This document shows positions 28,244 through 38,989 of a stretch of 45,040 nt of DNA, in pieces; the stretch's first letter is position 1, and each line of letters begins with the position of its first letter. Origin of the DNA: a plasmid. The stretch lies in sequence record NZ_CP133434.1. One strand, given 5' to 3'. Both the position numbers and the translations under genes were made by a program. The notes below the pieces were generated by a model, which was given only the letters and a program-made list of their open reading frames with translations, searched no databases and had not been told where the DNA came from.

Positions 28244-29271
28244 TCCTTCAGTTTTCTGAAATAGTCATCAAAATGAAGTTGTTTGTAGTAAATACCGGAA
28301 GCGAACCGAAAATCTTCATCATCAAGGTATTTAATACTCATGATAATATCAATATTACTCAGTACACGTCTTAAAATGACATTGAATGGTAGATTCTGAC
28401 ATTCAGGATTCATATAACATCGCTGGACAATCCCAAGCACGGCAGATTCAGGACTACTTTCGTGAACGGTGGTGATGTTTCCTGCATGGCCTGAACTCGA
28501 TGCTTTCAGAAAATCCCATGCCTCAGCCCCCCTGATTTCTGTCATCAGAATCCTGTCCGGATTCATACGAAAACAGGAACGCAGAAGACTCGCTGAGGTA
28601 ATAACCTTACTCTCACCCTCTGCCGGATAGTAAAGTTTTACATGGTTTTTATGGAATCTGAATTTTGCTTCATCAGTATCTTCAATAGAAATACACCGCA
28701 GATGATGCGGTATATATTCCAGACAGGCATTTGCAAAGGTAGTTTTACCAGACCCCGTCCCTCCACAGAAAACTATCGTTTTCCCCTGACTCAGTGATTC
28801 AGGTATAACCCGTTCAAAATATTCGGAAGTGATTAAAGCAGAAATATTATCTTCCATAATGGAATCACCACTTAAACCACCGACGCGTGAATAAAACCCC
28901 TGTTTTATAAATTTGTCATGACTGATAAAAATACCTGACGGCTTACGGATTGTTATAGAAACAGTATCTTTTTCTGTTGCCGGTGGGATCACAACCTGAA
29001 CACGTTCTCCACCCGGAAGCGTGGCGGAACGCAGGGGATATTCAGGAGTCACAGAACCACCGTCATGAAAATCAGCCAGTGTGGATGCAAAAGAAAGACA
29101 ATCACTGTAACTCATCTTTTGTTCATACCATTGCCACTTTCCCCTGACCTTTATAAATATTTCTCCTGGTCGGTTAACAGCGATTTCCGTGACACCATCA
29201 ATCTCATTCAGCCAGTGATAAAAATAATCGTTGACCACATCATAAATCAGATGTCTGTTTTCGTTATTCAC
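28240..29271 (-). CDS. pilX11: VirB11-type T4SS ATPase
   Basis: Walker A FCGGTGSGKTT. Confidence 0.9.
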   Translation of the reverse strand: MNNENRHLIYDVVNDYFYHWLNEIDGVTEIAVNRPGEIFIKVRGKWQWYEQKMSYSDCLSFASTLADFHDGGSVTPEYPLRSATLPGGERVQVVIPPATEKDTVSITIRKPSGIFISHDKFIKQGFYSRVGGLSGDSIMEDNISALITSEYFERVIPESLSQGKTIVFCGGTGSGKTTFANACLEYIPHHLRCISIEDTDEAKFRFHKNHVKLYYPAEGESKVITSASLLRSCFRMNPDRILMTEIRGAEAWDFLKASSSGHAGNITTVHESSPESAVLGIVQRCYMNPECQNLPFNVILRRVLSNIDIIMSIKYLDDEDFRFASGIYYKQLHFDDYFRKLKE

Positions 29272-29272
29272 A

Positions 29273-30478
29273 TTAACCCCCTTTCATTTTCAGTTTATAA
29301 ATACCTGAAAAATCCAGATCCTGACCGACAATCAGAGTAATAATTTCGCCCTGATTTTTATAAAGCGTTGGCGGAATATTCACACTATTAGAAAATGCTT
29401 CGCGTGCTATATCAGCAAAAGCCTGGCGACTGTTTGCCGTATAGTCGGTCTGGCTGTCCCTGTTGTTCTGTGCAATACCACTGGCGGCCTGACTTAAATC
29501 CGGTATCATCCCGACCATCATTGCACCAAGAAAACGTTCACTGAAATGAGTGTCAATCCAACCAGAAGCACCGGCTTCGCCTAACGCGCCAGCCGCCTGT
29601 GAGTCAACCAGGGGAATATCAATAAAAGGCTTACTGCGAGTACGTAGCTTGTAAGCCATAACAAACACACGCCCTTGTCCATGATTTAAAGACCCGGCCT
29701 TATACATCAGTTTTGCGGCGGTTCCTCTTTCGATAAGTTTTACATTACCGCTGGCGCTGTATATATCGCTGTTGACCGTACATTCCAGTTTCCCCGCCAG
29801 GTCAGAAACAAAACGCCTGTCCAGTGAACAGGGAATTGATGTCCCTTCCGGGATAAACAAATTTGGGTCATATGGAAGTTTCGTTATTTTCGCCAGTGGC
29901 GCAGATTCTGTAGCCTGTGCGGTTGCTTTTGCTTCATCCTTTTTATCGCTTTCTGGCTCACTGGCCGCAGTATGTGAAACTGACGTTCCCGCTGAACTGC
30001 TGCTGTTTCCTGCCTGGCTGCCATCAAGAGAAACATCAAGTGCACGGCTGAAGCTCTGCTGTTTATTTTCCGGCGGTTCAGTCTTTTCAGAAGAAATGAC
30101 TTTTTCTTCCTCTGGTTTCTCTGTTTTTTTCTGTGCGGTATTAAAAGGATCGATATCTTCGCTCAGTCCGGTCTGACGTTTAGCCGCTCCGGTTGCAAGC
30201 GGCTGACTTGCGGGTTTCTCATCCCCTGACGACACAGAACGGATAATGGACGGGATATAATAAACAGAAACACCGGCAGCAAGCAGAAGAAAACCCACGA
30301 CGAGGATAATCATCCCTTTACGTGACTTTTTAAGTTTTTCAATACCAAGCTGCAATGCTGGCTTGCCAGGCTCTTCTTCCGGAGTCTTCCCGGCCTGTTC
30401 CAGTTCTTTCTGTCTGCGTTCCCGTAGCTGCTGTTCAATTTCGGTTGCAGTCGGGATTTTATTTTCCTGTTCAGTCAC
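29273..30478 (-). CDS. pilX10: VirB10-type T4SS protein
   Basis: N-terminal TM, Pro/Glu-rich linker, conserved C-terminal domain. Confidence 0.85.
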   Translation of the reverse strand: MTEQENKIPTATEIEQQLRERRQKELEQAGKTPEEEPGKPALQLGIEKLKKSRKGMIILVVGFLLLAAGVSVYYIPSIIRSVSSGDEKPASQPLATGAAKRQTGLSEDIDPFNTAQKKTEKPEEEKVISSEKTEPPENKQQSFSRALDVSLDGSQAGNSSSSAGTSVSHTAASEPESDKKDEAKATAQATESAPLAKITKLPYDPNLFIPEGTSIPCSLDRRFVSDLAGKLECTVNSDIYSASGNVKLIERGTAAKLMYKAGSLNHGQGRVFVMAYKLRTRSKPFIDIPLVDSQAAGALGEAGASGWIDTHFSERFLGAMMVGMIPDLSQAASGIAQNNRDSQTDYTANSRQAFADIAREAFSNSVNIPPTLYKNQGEIITLIVGQDLDFSGIYKLKMKGG

Positions 30479-31404
30479 TGGATCACCTCTTTCTTAACAT
30501 CCGGGGATACCGTATCTCCGGCTGGTAAACGTACTTTTCCGAAGCCCAGGTTCTCAATCCCCACCACCTGCTCACCAAGACGTAAAACAAAACGCTTATC
30601 AACCGGTACGCCAACAGCCGTAAAACTCCCGCTCTGTTTAATCACAGGATTGGTAAGAGTCTCCTGCATACCGTTCATCACAAAGACGCTGGGAATTTTC
30701 TTTAACGGACTGAAGCCGAACCAGGTATAACGACCATCGTCATATGCATAATCAGGGCTGATATCCTGGCTGCCTTCAGCAACCCGCTTCCAGTACTGCC
30801 AGTTACGGGGCGATTTCGCATTTTCCAGGGAACGGTTGATTGCCTGTTCCTCCAGGCGTCTGGCAAGAGCCTCTGTGCGTTTCTTCTCAATTTCGGCCTG
30901 TTCCTTCCGGCGTTCCTGCGGATACTGGTAATTCACCACAAACGCAATTTTCTCCGGCTGTCGGAACGTTCTGGCGTTCAGCTCCATGCTGTAATTACGT
31001 TTCGTGGTGCGAACAAACAGATTCGTTCGCCAGCGTTCAAGCTCATTTTCCGGGTCAAGAGCAACACTGACGGATTCAGAAGAGGTGTTACCGTTTGCAT
31101 CCGTATTATTTTTCTGAACAGTTTGTTTAACAGGACGAACTTCCAGGTATACCAGGTTATCTTCTTTATTAACCGCCCATCCCTGCGGAAAACCGGTTCT
31201 GGCACTGATAACTGTTTCATCTTCATCAAATACCAGTGTGGTGGTGTATCCAACGGCACTGTTAATTATGGTGGTATTATTGGGGTTATAACTGACTATC
31301 TGATTGCGTGGGTCAAAGCGACTGCCTGAAGGAAGAACAGCAGCATTACAGACGTGCGCCGCCATCAGAAGCGCCATAATTAACGCTCCTTTATTCATTT
31401 TCAT
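30475..31404 (-). CDS. pilX9: VirB9-type T4SS protein
   Basis: Signal peptide. Operon position between VirB8 and VirB10. Confidence 0.8.
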   Translation of the reverse strand: MKMNKGALIMALLMAAHVCNAAVLPSGSRFDPRNQIVSYNPNNTTIINSAVGYTTTLVFDEDETVISARTGFPQGWAVNKEDNLVYLEVRPVKQTVQKNNTDANGNTSSESVSVALDPENELERWRTNLFVRTTKRNYSMELNARTFRQPEKIAFVVNYQYPQERRKEQAEIEKKRTEALARRLEEQAINRSLENAKSPRNWQYWKRVAEGSQDISPDYAYDDGRYTWFGFSPLKKIPSVFVMNGMQETLTNPVIKQSGSFTAVGVPVDKRFVLRLGEQVVGIENLGFGKVRLPAGDTVSPDVKKEVIQ

Positions 31405-31408
31405 ATTA

Positions 31409-32122
31409 TTAACCTCTGGCTTCTTTATCGCGAACGTAGCTTGTTACAACGAACTTAAGAGGATTGTTATTACGTTCCCCTGACACCATTTCAACCTGCG
31501 GTTCGATACGATAAGTCAGGCGAACATTCCAGAACTCCTGGCGGGTTTGTCCGGTAGCAACATCCCTGATGGTCAGACGAAAACGAATATACGCACCGAT
31601 ATCTTTATCATCCGTCCGTGACGAAGGTGAAATTATGACAGATGGATTATCCTGAACCATTGCCGTTTTTTCTGCTTTGTTATAAACAAGTTTTGGTGCC
31701 TGTTCACTGTTAAATAATGCGTTATAATCTGCCGCGACATTCTCCGCGCTGTAAGCCATTACATAATCATAATCATGCTGGAGACTGAAAAAATTATAAC
31801 CTTCACGATGTTTTATATACTGGGTGATAAAATATCGGGCAATGGCTTCGTTTTCAGAAAGATTTTCTTTTTTAACAGAAGTCAGACGTTCAGCCACACC
31901 TGTAACCTTATCGATAAGGTAGGCATCAACAACTGTTGTTTTCAGTGGTAATGCTGCATTTAATGCAAGTAAAGACAGCCCACCAATTAACATGCCTCCG
32001 ATACCACCGAATTTATAAATACGATTCATTCTCTCCTGTAGTGCAATGTTTTTTTCTTCAAACGAAACTGATGAGTCAGTAACGTCTTTTTTATTTTTAA
32101 ATCCGGGAAGTTTAAATTCCAT
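31409..32122 (-). CDS. pilX8: VirB8-type T4SS protein
   Basis: Single N-terminal TM helix, ~237 aa. Operon position. Confidence 0.8.
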   Translation of the reverse strand: MEFKLPGFKNKKDVTDSSVSFEEKNIALQERMNRIYKFGGIGGMLIGGLSLLALNAALPLKTTVVDAYLIDKVTGVAERLTSVKKENLSENEAIARYFITQYIKHREGYNFFSLQHDYDYVMAYSAENVAADYNALFNSEQAPKLVYNKAEKTAMVQDNPSVIISPSSRTDDKDIGAYIRFRLTIRDVATGQTRQEFWNVRLTYRIEPQVEMVSGERNNNPLKFVVTSYVRDKEARG

Positions 32123-32240
32123 TTTGCATTACCTCAGCAGAATTAACAGGTTCGCTTTTCCCGGAAACGGGCGGTAGTTTATGTGACGCCTGACAACCAG
32201 CGAGACAAAGCGTCACGAAAGCCACAATAAGTAGTTTCAT
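32112..32240 (-). CDS. pilX7: VirB7-type lipoprotein (42 aa, MKLLIVAFVTLCLAGCQASHKLPPVSGKSEPVNSAEVMQNGI)
   Basis: Hand-translated, below the ORF-track size cut-off. Lipobox LAGC. Overlaps the pilX8 start by 11 nt. Confidence 0.55.
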   Translation of the reverse strand: MKLLIVAFVTLCLAGCQASHKLPPVSGKSEPVNSAEVMQNGI

Positions 32241-32366
32241 AATATGAACACCTGTATAACAGATTAATATTTACAGAAGACTCAGCCTGAACAAAGAAAA
32301 TAGATCGCGACAAGCCCGTTAATTATGAAAAGAACATTTAAAATGGTATCAACACTCATAATTAAA

Positions 32367-33497
32367 TCACCCTCCATACATTTTCTTTGCCCTCTCAATA
32401 GCTGCCTGACGAAGCTTTTTGGCACCAATATTAACGCCCTGTCCGGCCAGGTTAGCGGTCTTACCCGTTATTCCCGGAGACTGACCAAACCCGCCTTCCT
32501 GACGACGCAGACCTTTCCATGCACCAATACCGGCATTTCTGCCCATACCAAGTGCGCCACGCGCCATACGGGATGCACCGAAAACGCCAGCACCAATCCC
32601 CATAGCGGCTGCGCCCTGCATGGCACCTTCAACACCCACACCTGCAATCTGTGAAGCATAACTTTTCGCCTGCCAGATAACAAAGCCCATAAACAAGCCC
32701 GAAGCCAAAGCTGTAGCCCCAGCCTGAAGTAAATCCTGTTTATCTGACGCAATAGTTACACTCAGAATTACATTTAGTTGCCATGTACCAGCCCGTAACG
32801 CTAGTGCTCCAAAGAGAAATATTAATAACGAACTGAAGTTAAGCTGCAACCAGCTATTAAACATTTGCCTGAGGAAGCCAAAAGCGATACATAAAACAAA
32901 TATAGGGGCTGTAACAGATAACAACAGGAGCGTAATTTCGGCAGAAAAAAACACTATTGAGCATAATAACAATGCCACTATTCCACCGAAATATACAAAT
33001 AAAGAGGATAAACCACCGGCAATTGGAACAGTAGATGTATCTTTATCCCAAATAACCTTTGCAACTTGAATTACTTTTGTCCAAAGTTGATCTATCCACA
33101 ACCAAGGATCACCTCCTGCAAGACTTTCTCTTAGTCCATCGATTGCATTTGTTGCAGATATCAGCATACCTCCAGAGTTTTTTACGAAGAGCAATATCAC
33201 ATAAAACTTACATACATTCCAGATAAAATCAGGAACAGGCGATTGCTGTTTGCGAACTAAAACAGTAAACGCATACCACAGCACATATATAGAAACACCA
33301 TATTTACCTAATTCATAAGCAATAGATGAATATTCATTTAATTTTCCAGCAACAGTTTTATTTAGTATATCAAAGATAACCTGATGAGTTGTTTGGAAAA
33401 AATCAGATTCAAATCCTGGTACGCCTCCTGCCGGAGCAGGGGACGTTACATTACCGGAAAAATCTGACCCAGCAGGAATTCCAGTAACCAGCCCCAT
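32367..33497 (-). CDS. pilX6: VirB6-type polytopic inner-membrane T4SS protein
   Basis: Multiple TM helices with a Gly/Ala-rich C-terminus. Confidence 0.8.
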   Translation of the reverse strand: MGLVTGIPAGSDFSGNVTSPAPAGGVPGFESDFFQTTHQVIFDILNKTVAGKLNEYSSIAYELGKYGVSIYVLWYAFTVLVRKQQSPVPDFIWNVCKFYVILLFVKNSGGMLISATNAIDGLRESLAGGDPWLWIDQLWTKVIQVAKVIWDKDTSTVPIAGGLSSLFVYFGGIVALLLCSIVFFSAEITLLLLSVTAPIFVLCIAFGFLRQMFNSWLQLNFSSLLIFLFGALALRAGTWQLNVILSVTIASDKQDLLQAGATALASGLFMGFVIWQAKSYASQIAGVGVEGAMQGAAAMGIGAGVFGASRMARGALGMGRNAGIGAWKGLRRQEGGFGQSPGITGKTANLAGQGVNIGAKKLRQAAIERAKKMYGG

Positions 33498-33505
33498 ATT
33501 TTACC

Positions 33506-33793
33506 TCATTTTTTATTATCTTCTTTAAAAAATTCACTTTGTTCTTTCTCCATCTTTTTGAATGCATCTTTAAAAGATGGGGGAGTTGCGTGTAACTGTT
33601 GATAACGAAAGTTGGCCTCTTTCACATTTCGGCAATTCTGGCTATCACTTCCTGTTTTCTTACATTCGATTTCTTTTTTTAAAGATTCATCGTGGTGCTC
33701 CTTCCACCAATCAACCGATTTTGTTTCTTCAAAACATCCAGAAAGACTAAAAACAGATATAATGACAAGGCCAGCAGTAGCGATACTTTTCAT
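33506..33793 (-). CDS. Entry-exclusion-like lipoprotein between the VirB5 and VirB6 genes
   Basis: Lipobox LSGC. Its position is analogous to eex of IncN/IncX T4SS operons. Confidence 0.45.
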   Translation of the reverse strand: MKSIATAGLVIISVFSLSGCFEETKSVDWWKEHHDESLKKEIECKKTGSDSQNCRNVKEANFRYQQLHATPPSFKDAFKKMEKEQSEFFKEDNKK

Positions 33794-34552
33794 TTAATCA
33801 TCCTCATATGATTTCATTGCCATATAAGCTTTTCTGTAAGAAGGTGGCACGGCTTCACGTTGCTGTTTTCTGAAAGCTGCCTGAGCCATCTTCTCTTTAT
33901 ATTCTGCAAGATCTCGCTGCTTATCGCGATACATTTGATACTGAAATTTGAGCTTCTCGAACTTCAGTTGTTCAAGTGCAACAGCGTTTGTTGCATCCTG
34001 CGTGGCCTTCGTATCCTTCGCATTTTTGACTTGATCAATAAGGTCTTTCATCGTCTGGTTGTCCTGACGAAGCTTGCTCTCCAGCTTGTTACCGTATTCC
34101 ACGCTTGCCAGTTGAGAAAGGAACGTCGCTTCACATCCCCGTACCAGGTCGCCGGAATATCCCAGGTTCTGGCAGGTATCCGTTACTTTGTAATCTGACA
34201 ATAACGATTTGGCCTGTTCCGATAACGCCCCTTCAGGATTTTTAATGTAATCGTCAATAAAAGCATTCCCCTGATCATAAATCTGCATCAGTTCCTGACT
34301 CACTGACTGTGCGGACTGCACCAGTCCCTGCACATCACGGATACCCGTTTTTGACAGCAGCTCCTGTTTGTACGCATTTATCTGATTTTCGTAATGTTTT
34401 ACCGTTTCCGCCCATTGCTTAAGGCGTTCTGTCCATCGTCCGGCTTCAATCGCCCATTCAGGGTTGGCGTCGATGGCAACAGGTATCCCTGCCTGAGCGC
34501 CGGAAATAACAATCAGTGAAGCGACGAATGCCGCCATAATTTGCTTTTTCAT
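33794..34552 (-). CDS. pilX5: VirB5-type minor pilin
   Basis: Signal peptide. ~250-aa helical protein at the VirB5 position. Confidence 0.7.
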   Translation of the reverse strand: MKKQIMAAFVASLIVISGAQAGIPVAIDANPEWAIEAGRWTERLKQWAETVKHYENQINAYKQELLSKTGIRDVQGLVQSAQSVSQELMQIYDQGNAFIDDYIKNPEGALSEQAKSLLSDYKVTDTCQNLGYSGDLVRGCEATFLSQLASVEYGNKLESKLRQDNQTMKDLIDQVKNAKDTKATQDATNAVALEQLKFEKLKFQYQMYRDKQRDLAEYKEKMAQAAFRKQQREAVPPSYRKAYMAMKSYEDD

Positions 34553-34562
34553 TGGTGATTCC

Positions 34563-37316
34563 TCAAATCAGGTTCGCCTGTTCCAGATAGGTATCAAGCC
34601 ACTCTTCCGGCTTCATTCCTTCTTTCCAGATTTCATCGAACAGTTCTAACTGGGGTTTTGATGCACTGAGAACCGGTAAGTAATACGCTGCTTTTCCCAG
34701 CTCCAGTCTGGCAAAAGCAGCAAAATCATCACTTTCACCTTTCCTCTGTGGGTTCTTAACAACAAGGAACTGGCGGGACAGCGGATCGATAGCTTTAATT
34801 TTGTCAAAATAAAGCTCCCTGACCTGCAAACCATCAACATATTCACTACGTTTGGCTTTCGGGTTTGCCAGATAGATATGAGTGGCGCATTGCTCACGAA
34901 CCGCTGCCGCAATGGGTGATTTAATCAGTTCATCCGGTGACTGTGTGGCTACGACAAGCACCATATCGAGTTTACGTCCGGTTTTCAGCTTGTTGTAAAC
35001 AAAGTCCCTGAACGCTTCGTTATTGATCCATTGCCAGAACTCATCCATGTAGATAAGAAGCCTGCGACCATCGGCCAGCATAGTGACCCGATAGATGAGA
35101 TAGAATGAAGCAGCACTGGCCAGCACCTTATTATCCAGGAACTCCGTTCCATCAATACCGAAAACATCCAGGTTATCGACATCAAACGTGTCTTCCCGAT
35201 TGTCGAACACCCAGCCAAACTCTTCCCCCTGCGTCCACGGCTTAAGACGGGCTTTAAGTCCATGACGTTTGGTTTCAGTATCATCCGGCTCCTGGATAAG
35301 AGGCCGTAGTTTACTGATAGGATAAGAGCGATCTGACCGTTGCATAAGACGTTCAACCGCATCTGAAATCAGGCTGTTCTGGTAATCATCGAGCGGCTCA
35401 CTGTTGAGAGTACAAAGCAGCCTCACCAGGTCCTTCATAAAAGCGATATTACGTTTTGTTGGCGGCAGTGCGGCAGGATTCCAGCCTGTCGGCTCTCCCT
35501 CCTTCACCCGGTAATAAGATCCCCCCATTGCCCGTATACCGACTTCACCTGCCCGGTCTTTATCGAAAAAAACCGTGGTCAGTTTTTTCAGTTTTCTGTT
35601 TGCAGGGAATGATTCCGGCGTACCGAACTGCTGGGCGGCAAATGCTTTTGTCATCAGTAATACGGTTTTACCCACGTTAGACGTACCGAGAATTTCGGTA
35701 TGCCCCAGCGTCGGGTTCTTACCGAAGAAATTCTGATGTTCAGTCGTCATATGGTAATTCAGATGGTAGATATCATTACCTGACCCCCGGAGAGTAATCA
35801 GTTTTTCCCCCCAGGTATTTCCTTTGTCTTTTCCTGAAAAGAAATTATGAAAACTTTCCATTTCGGCAAAATTAAGACTACTGAGGGTACTCAGACGAGG
35901 GCGAAGCGTATAATTTCCTGGTAGTTGAGCAAAATAAGCTGCACCAAGACTCAGTGTTGAATAAGTGACAATCAGCCCCAAATCTTCCAGAGTGGAAGTC
36001 ACGATATTGGTATCTTTCACCAGACGCTCCGGTGAATCCGCAAAGACAACCACAGTCTGATGCGATTTCCCGAAAGAAATATATCCACTGGAAACCATAT
36101 CCAGTCCGACTTTCAGATCTGCCAGCAAAGATTTGGCAGCATCATCTGTCATTTCCAGCTTATCGATCTGATCATCCAGCGCCTTAATCGCTGACTGCTT
36201 ATCCATCGCAGTAAAGGACGATGTCACGACATACTCAACGGGGAGATACATCAGAGCATCCAGAATACCGGCATCCGTCTCCTGAAAATAATCCTTAATC
36301 TCTATGCAACGAAAATACCGGGCATGGTCTGACGCGGTAATTTGTCCGGCATCATTACCAAAGAACAGGTCTTTTCCTCCCAGATATGTATAAAACGGAC
36401 TACTGCTAACCCTGACCTTTTGCCATCGACCAGAAAGCAGATACTGGAACAGAGATAACTGATCTGAATAAACAACCCCATGATCTTCATAAAGCCCAAG
36501 ACGTCGGGAATGAAAACGGGACAGATAGGTATTCAACCTGTCGCAAATTTCATTCATTTCATTAACAGGCTCTTTAAAGATATCTTTTTGTTTTTTACTG
36601 CGTGAAAAGAAATGTGTTACTTTATCCTCCGTAGTAAAAGGTTTAAAACAAATCGTCAGAAATAATTTATTCTCGAAAAATTCAGACTGAGGGAATGACT
36701 CGTAATAATCATTCATTACTCTGTTCACAAAAGGAATTTTACTGTTAAATACTGGTCTGACGCCCTTTTTACACCTGATACGATGAGGATAAAGCGTAAC
36801 AGATTTCCCTTCAAAGCTACGTATAAGCGTATTAAGCTGATCTGTCAGAATTGACAAATCTTCAGAATCAACACACTCAAAGTAAGCACCGTCTATCTGC
36901 CAGGTTGCCAGCAAATCCCGGTTTTTTGTAACGATAATATTATCAGTGATATGTGAAGAGTACGGAATTAACTCTTCAACAGAAGACTGGTCTTTCAGCT
37001 TCATAAAGTTATCCACTTTTGAAATATCAACTTCGTTGTACTGGCTCCCCGCGTAATGGACTGCGCTGAATCGCTTGTTTGATAAAGGATGCCCTTTGAC
37101 AAGAGTTCTCAGATACAGAAGGTCAAAAAAGCGTTCATCAAACTGTGTTACACGCCTGATGGCATACCAGCCAGGAAGAATGAGGGCATACATAGCCTCA
37201 TGAATCCAGACACCAAGCAGAACACAAATAATGCACATTCCAAGAAAGGGGTAGAGCGGAACGCCCAGCCCCCTTATTAAAGCAGGGCGCGTAAGACCTT
37301 TAAAAAGAGTACTCAT
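34563..37316 (-). CDS. pilX3-4: Fused VirB3-VirB4 T4SS ATPase
   Basis: 917 aa. The N-terminal ~100 aa are a VirB3-like 2TM segment, followed by a VirB4 ATPase with Walker A GTSNVGKT. Confidence 0.9.
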   Translation of the reverse strand: MSTLFKGLTRPALIRGLGVPLYPFLGMCIICVLLGVWIHEAMYALILPGWYAIRRVTQFDERFFDLLYLRTLVKGHPLSNKRFSAVHYAGSQYNEVDISKVDNFMKLKDQSSVEELIPYSSHITDNIIVTKNRDLLATWQIDGAYFECVDSEDLSILTDQLNTLIRSFEGKSVTLYPHRIRCKKGVRPVFNSKIPFVNRVMNDYYESFPQSEFFENKLFLTICFKPFTTEDKVTHFFSRSKKQKDIFKEPVNEMNEICDRLNTYLSRFHSRRLGLYEDHGVVYSDQLSLFQYLLSGRWQKVRVSSSPFYTYLGGKDLFFGNDAGQITASDHARYFRCIEIKDYFQETDAGILDALMYLPVEYVVTSSFTAMDKQSAIKALDDQIDKLEMTDDAAKSLLADLKVGLDMVSSGYISFGKSHQTVVVFADSPERLVKDTNIVTSTLEDLGLIVTYSTLSLGAAYFAQLPGNYTLRPRLSTLSSLNFAEMESFHNFFSGKDKGNTWGEKLITLRGSGNDIYHLNYHMTTEHQNFFGKNPTLGHTEILGTSNVGKTVLLMTKAFAAQQFGTPESFPANRKLKKLTTVFFDKDRAGEVGIRAMGGSYYRVKEGEPTGWNPAALPPTKRNIAFMKDLVRLLCTLNSEPLDDYQNSLISDAVERLMQRSDRSYPISKLRPLIQEPDDTETKRHGLKARLKPWTQGEEFGWVFDNREDTFDVDNLDVFGIDGTEFLDNKVLASAASFYLIYRVTMLADGRRLLIYMDEFWQWINNEAFRDFVYNKLKTGRKLDMVLVVATQSPDELIKSPIAAAVREQCATHIYLANPKAKRSEYVDGLQVRELYFDKIKAIDPLSRQFLVVKNPQRKGESDDFAAFARLELGKAAYYLPVLSASKPQLELFDEIWKEGMKPEEWLDTYLEQANLI

Positions 37317-37334
37317 AGTGCGCCCATCCTTTAA

Positions 37335-37664
37335 TTACGCAAGCCAGTCAGGAATATATGGTGCGACAATAAAGATGATAATTCCGATAACAAGTGGGAC
37401 TATCCATGAGGTATGTTGACGAGAAAATATCGCAATATACCCAATAACAAGAGCAATAATTGTAATTGCAGGCTTACGAATATCCGTTAAAAAATCAATT
37501 ATTTTCTGTAAAAAACCAGTTGTCTTCGTAGACACATCATCCGCAAAAGCAGGTTCTGCAACACAAAGCATCAACGCAGCCATAAATAGAGAAAGCGTTA
37601 AATAACGTTTATTCAGATTTAATTTCAACATCTTTTGTTTCCTTTTCATTTGATACAGTGCCAC
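37335..37664 (-). CDS. pilX2: VirB2-type pilin
   Basis: Long signal/leader, then two hydrophobic helices. Start ambiguous (M1, M6 or M12). Confidence 0.7.
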   Translation of the reverse strand: MALYQMKRKQKMLKLNLNKRYLTLSLFMAALMLCVAEPAFADDVSTKTTGFLQKIIDFLTDIRKPAITIIALVIGYIAIFSRQHTSWIVPLVIGIIIFIVAPYIPDWLA

Positions 37665-38292
37665 GCATGGCGTATTGAGGATATATAATGATTTCTTCAG
37701 GTGTGATAGTCGTCTTATTCTCCTTTTTAATCATTTCCTTTACAGAAGGAACAATAAAACTTTTTTTATTATCAGGAGGGCTAAACCCTATACGTTGTAC
37801 ATAACTTGTATTATTAAATTCAGGTTCTGGCTTTACTCCTGTTTCTAGATTGCCGGAATAATAGCAACTCAGACCACGCACTAAGTCGCCACCTCGTTTA
37901 TAACAGTCAACCAGTATTTTTTCTGATACCTTAAGATTTTCGCATGGATCAAACATTTTCTCTGCTGTTGTACCAAACTTTGCAAAATTGGTACTCGTTA
38001 TTTGCATAAGTCCTACAGAGTAACGATGATTCCGTAATTCAATGTTTTTAACGATCTTAAGTGCTGCCTCCTTTGATTCAGGAAAGTAAGATACTACGCC
38101 TTTATCACCAGGTTTGCGTTTAGCCTTTGGTATTATTTCCGCAATCGCATATGGGTTAAAACCTGATTCAACCCTGGCGACTTCGTGCGTTGTGTCGGGA
38201 TGAACGCTGGCAGCGCATTGCATGGCAAGCGCAAGAAAAGTAGAAGTAGATAACATAAATATTCCACATTCAGAACACCGGGGCGCTATCAC
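37609..38292 (-). CDS. pilX1: VirB1-type lytic transglycosylase
   Basis: SLT motif ESGFNPYAI. The likely start is M13 (signal peptide MLSTSTFLALA). Confidence 0.8.
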   Translation of the reverse strand: MIAPRCSECGIFMLSTSTFLALAMQCAASVHPDTTHEVARVESGFNPYAIAEIIPKAKRKPGDKGVVSYFPESKEAALKIVKNIELRNHRYSVGLMQITSTNFAKFGTTAEKMFDPCENLKVSEKILVDCYKRGGDLVRGLSCYYSGNLETGVKPEPEFNNTSYVQRIGFSPPDNKKSFIVPSVKEMIKKENKTTITPEEIIIYPQYAMRGTVSNEKETKDVEIKSE

Positions 38293-38501
38293 TCGTCAGG
38301 AATATCAGCCCCATGAATAAGCTCTTTCATCGCCTGAGATTTGTATTTTTTAATAAGATACTGAACAAAACCAGAATCAGAGATACGTCTCCCCCTCTTG
38401 AAACTTATTTCAATTGCAATTTTTTCAACTTCAACACGAACTTCTGTAGGAAGGTAGAGTACATTGCGTTGCGGTTTCCGCTTTCCTTTTATAGCTGTCA
38501 T
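38289..38501 (-). CDS. Small basic RHH-like protein, possible regulator
   Basis: 70-aa ORF overlapping the actX 3' end in another frame. Speculative. Confidence 0.3.
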   Translation of the reverse strand: MTAIKGKRKPQRNVLYLPTEVRVEVEKIAIEISFKRGRRISDSGFVQYLIKKYKSQAMKELIHGADIPDE

Positions 38502-38949
38502 TTTTTAACCTGTCGTATTTTCTGTTACACACATAGTCGGCAAAGACTTGTCCACGCTTTGAAGCGTCTGCAAGGAGAAGTATTTTTGCCAGACAGGAGT
38601 TATTCATCAGGCTTAAATTCATCGAAAAAATCTTCTCCTGCTCTTTTACTTCATTTATGACACTCAGAGGAACTTCAGCAGGATATTCACCAAAACTGAC
38701 CAGTCCATAAACATTTTTCATCCGGGTAAAGCAGGATGGATGTACAACCTCAAAATCCAGAAGAACGAATACATAACCGGGAAACATTGGCATGATTTGT
38801 CCCCTGTATGCACTACAGTCACGCCTCTTATAGAAAGTGCGTATAACTGGATTGTAGTAAGCGATACCGCTCCGGGATAACTGCAACAGAACCGACTGAT
38901 GAAAATGCGGAGAACACTGAAGCAGGTAAAACTGTTTCTGTCCTTTCAT
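38431..38949 (-). CDS. actX: NusG/RfaH-like transcription antiterminator paralog (ActX-type T4SS activator)
   Basis: FPGYVFV motif with an RfaH-like N-terminal domain. The likely start is MKGQKQFYLL. Confidence 0.6.
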   Translation of the reverse strand: MKGQKQFYLLQCSPHFHQSVLLQLSRSGIAYYNPVIRTFYKRRDCSAYRGQIMPMFPGYVFVLLDFEVVHPSCFTRMKNVYGLVSFGEYPAEVPLSVINEVKEQEKIFSMNLSLMNNSCLAKILLLADASKRGQVFADYVCNRKYDRLKNDSYKRKAETATQCTLPSYRSSC

Positions 38950-38989
38950 ACTCAATCCCCGATATACAGATGTGACAAAACACAAGCCA

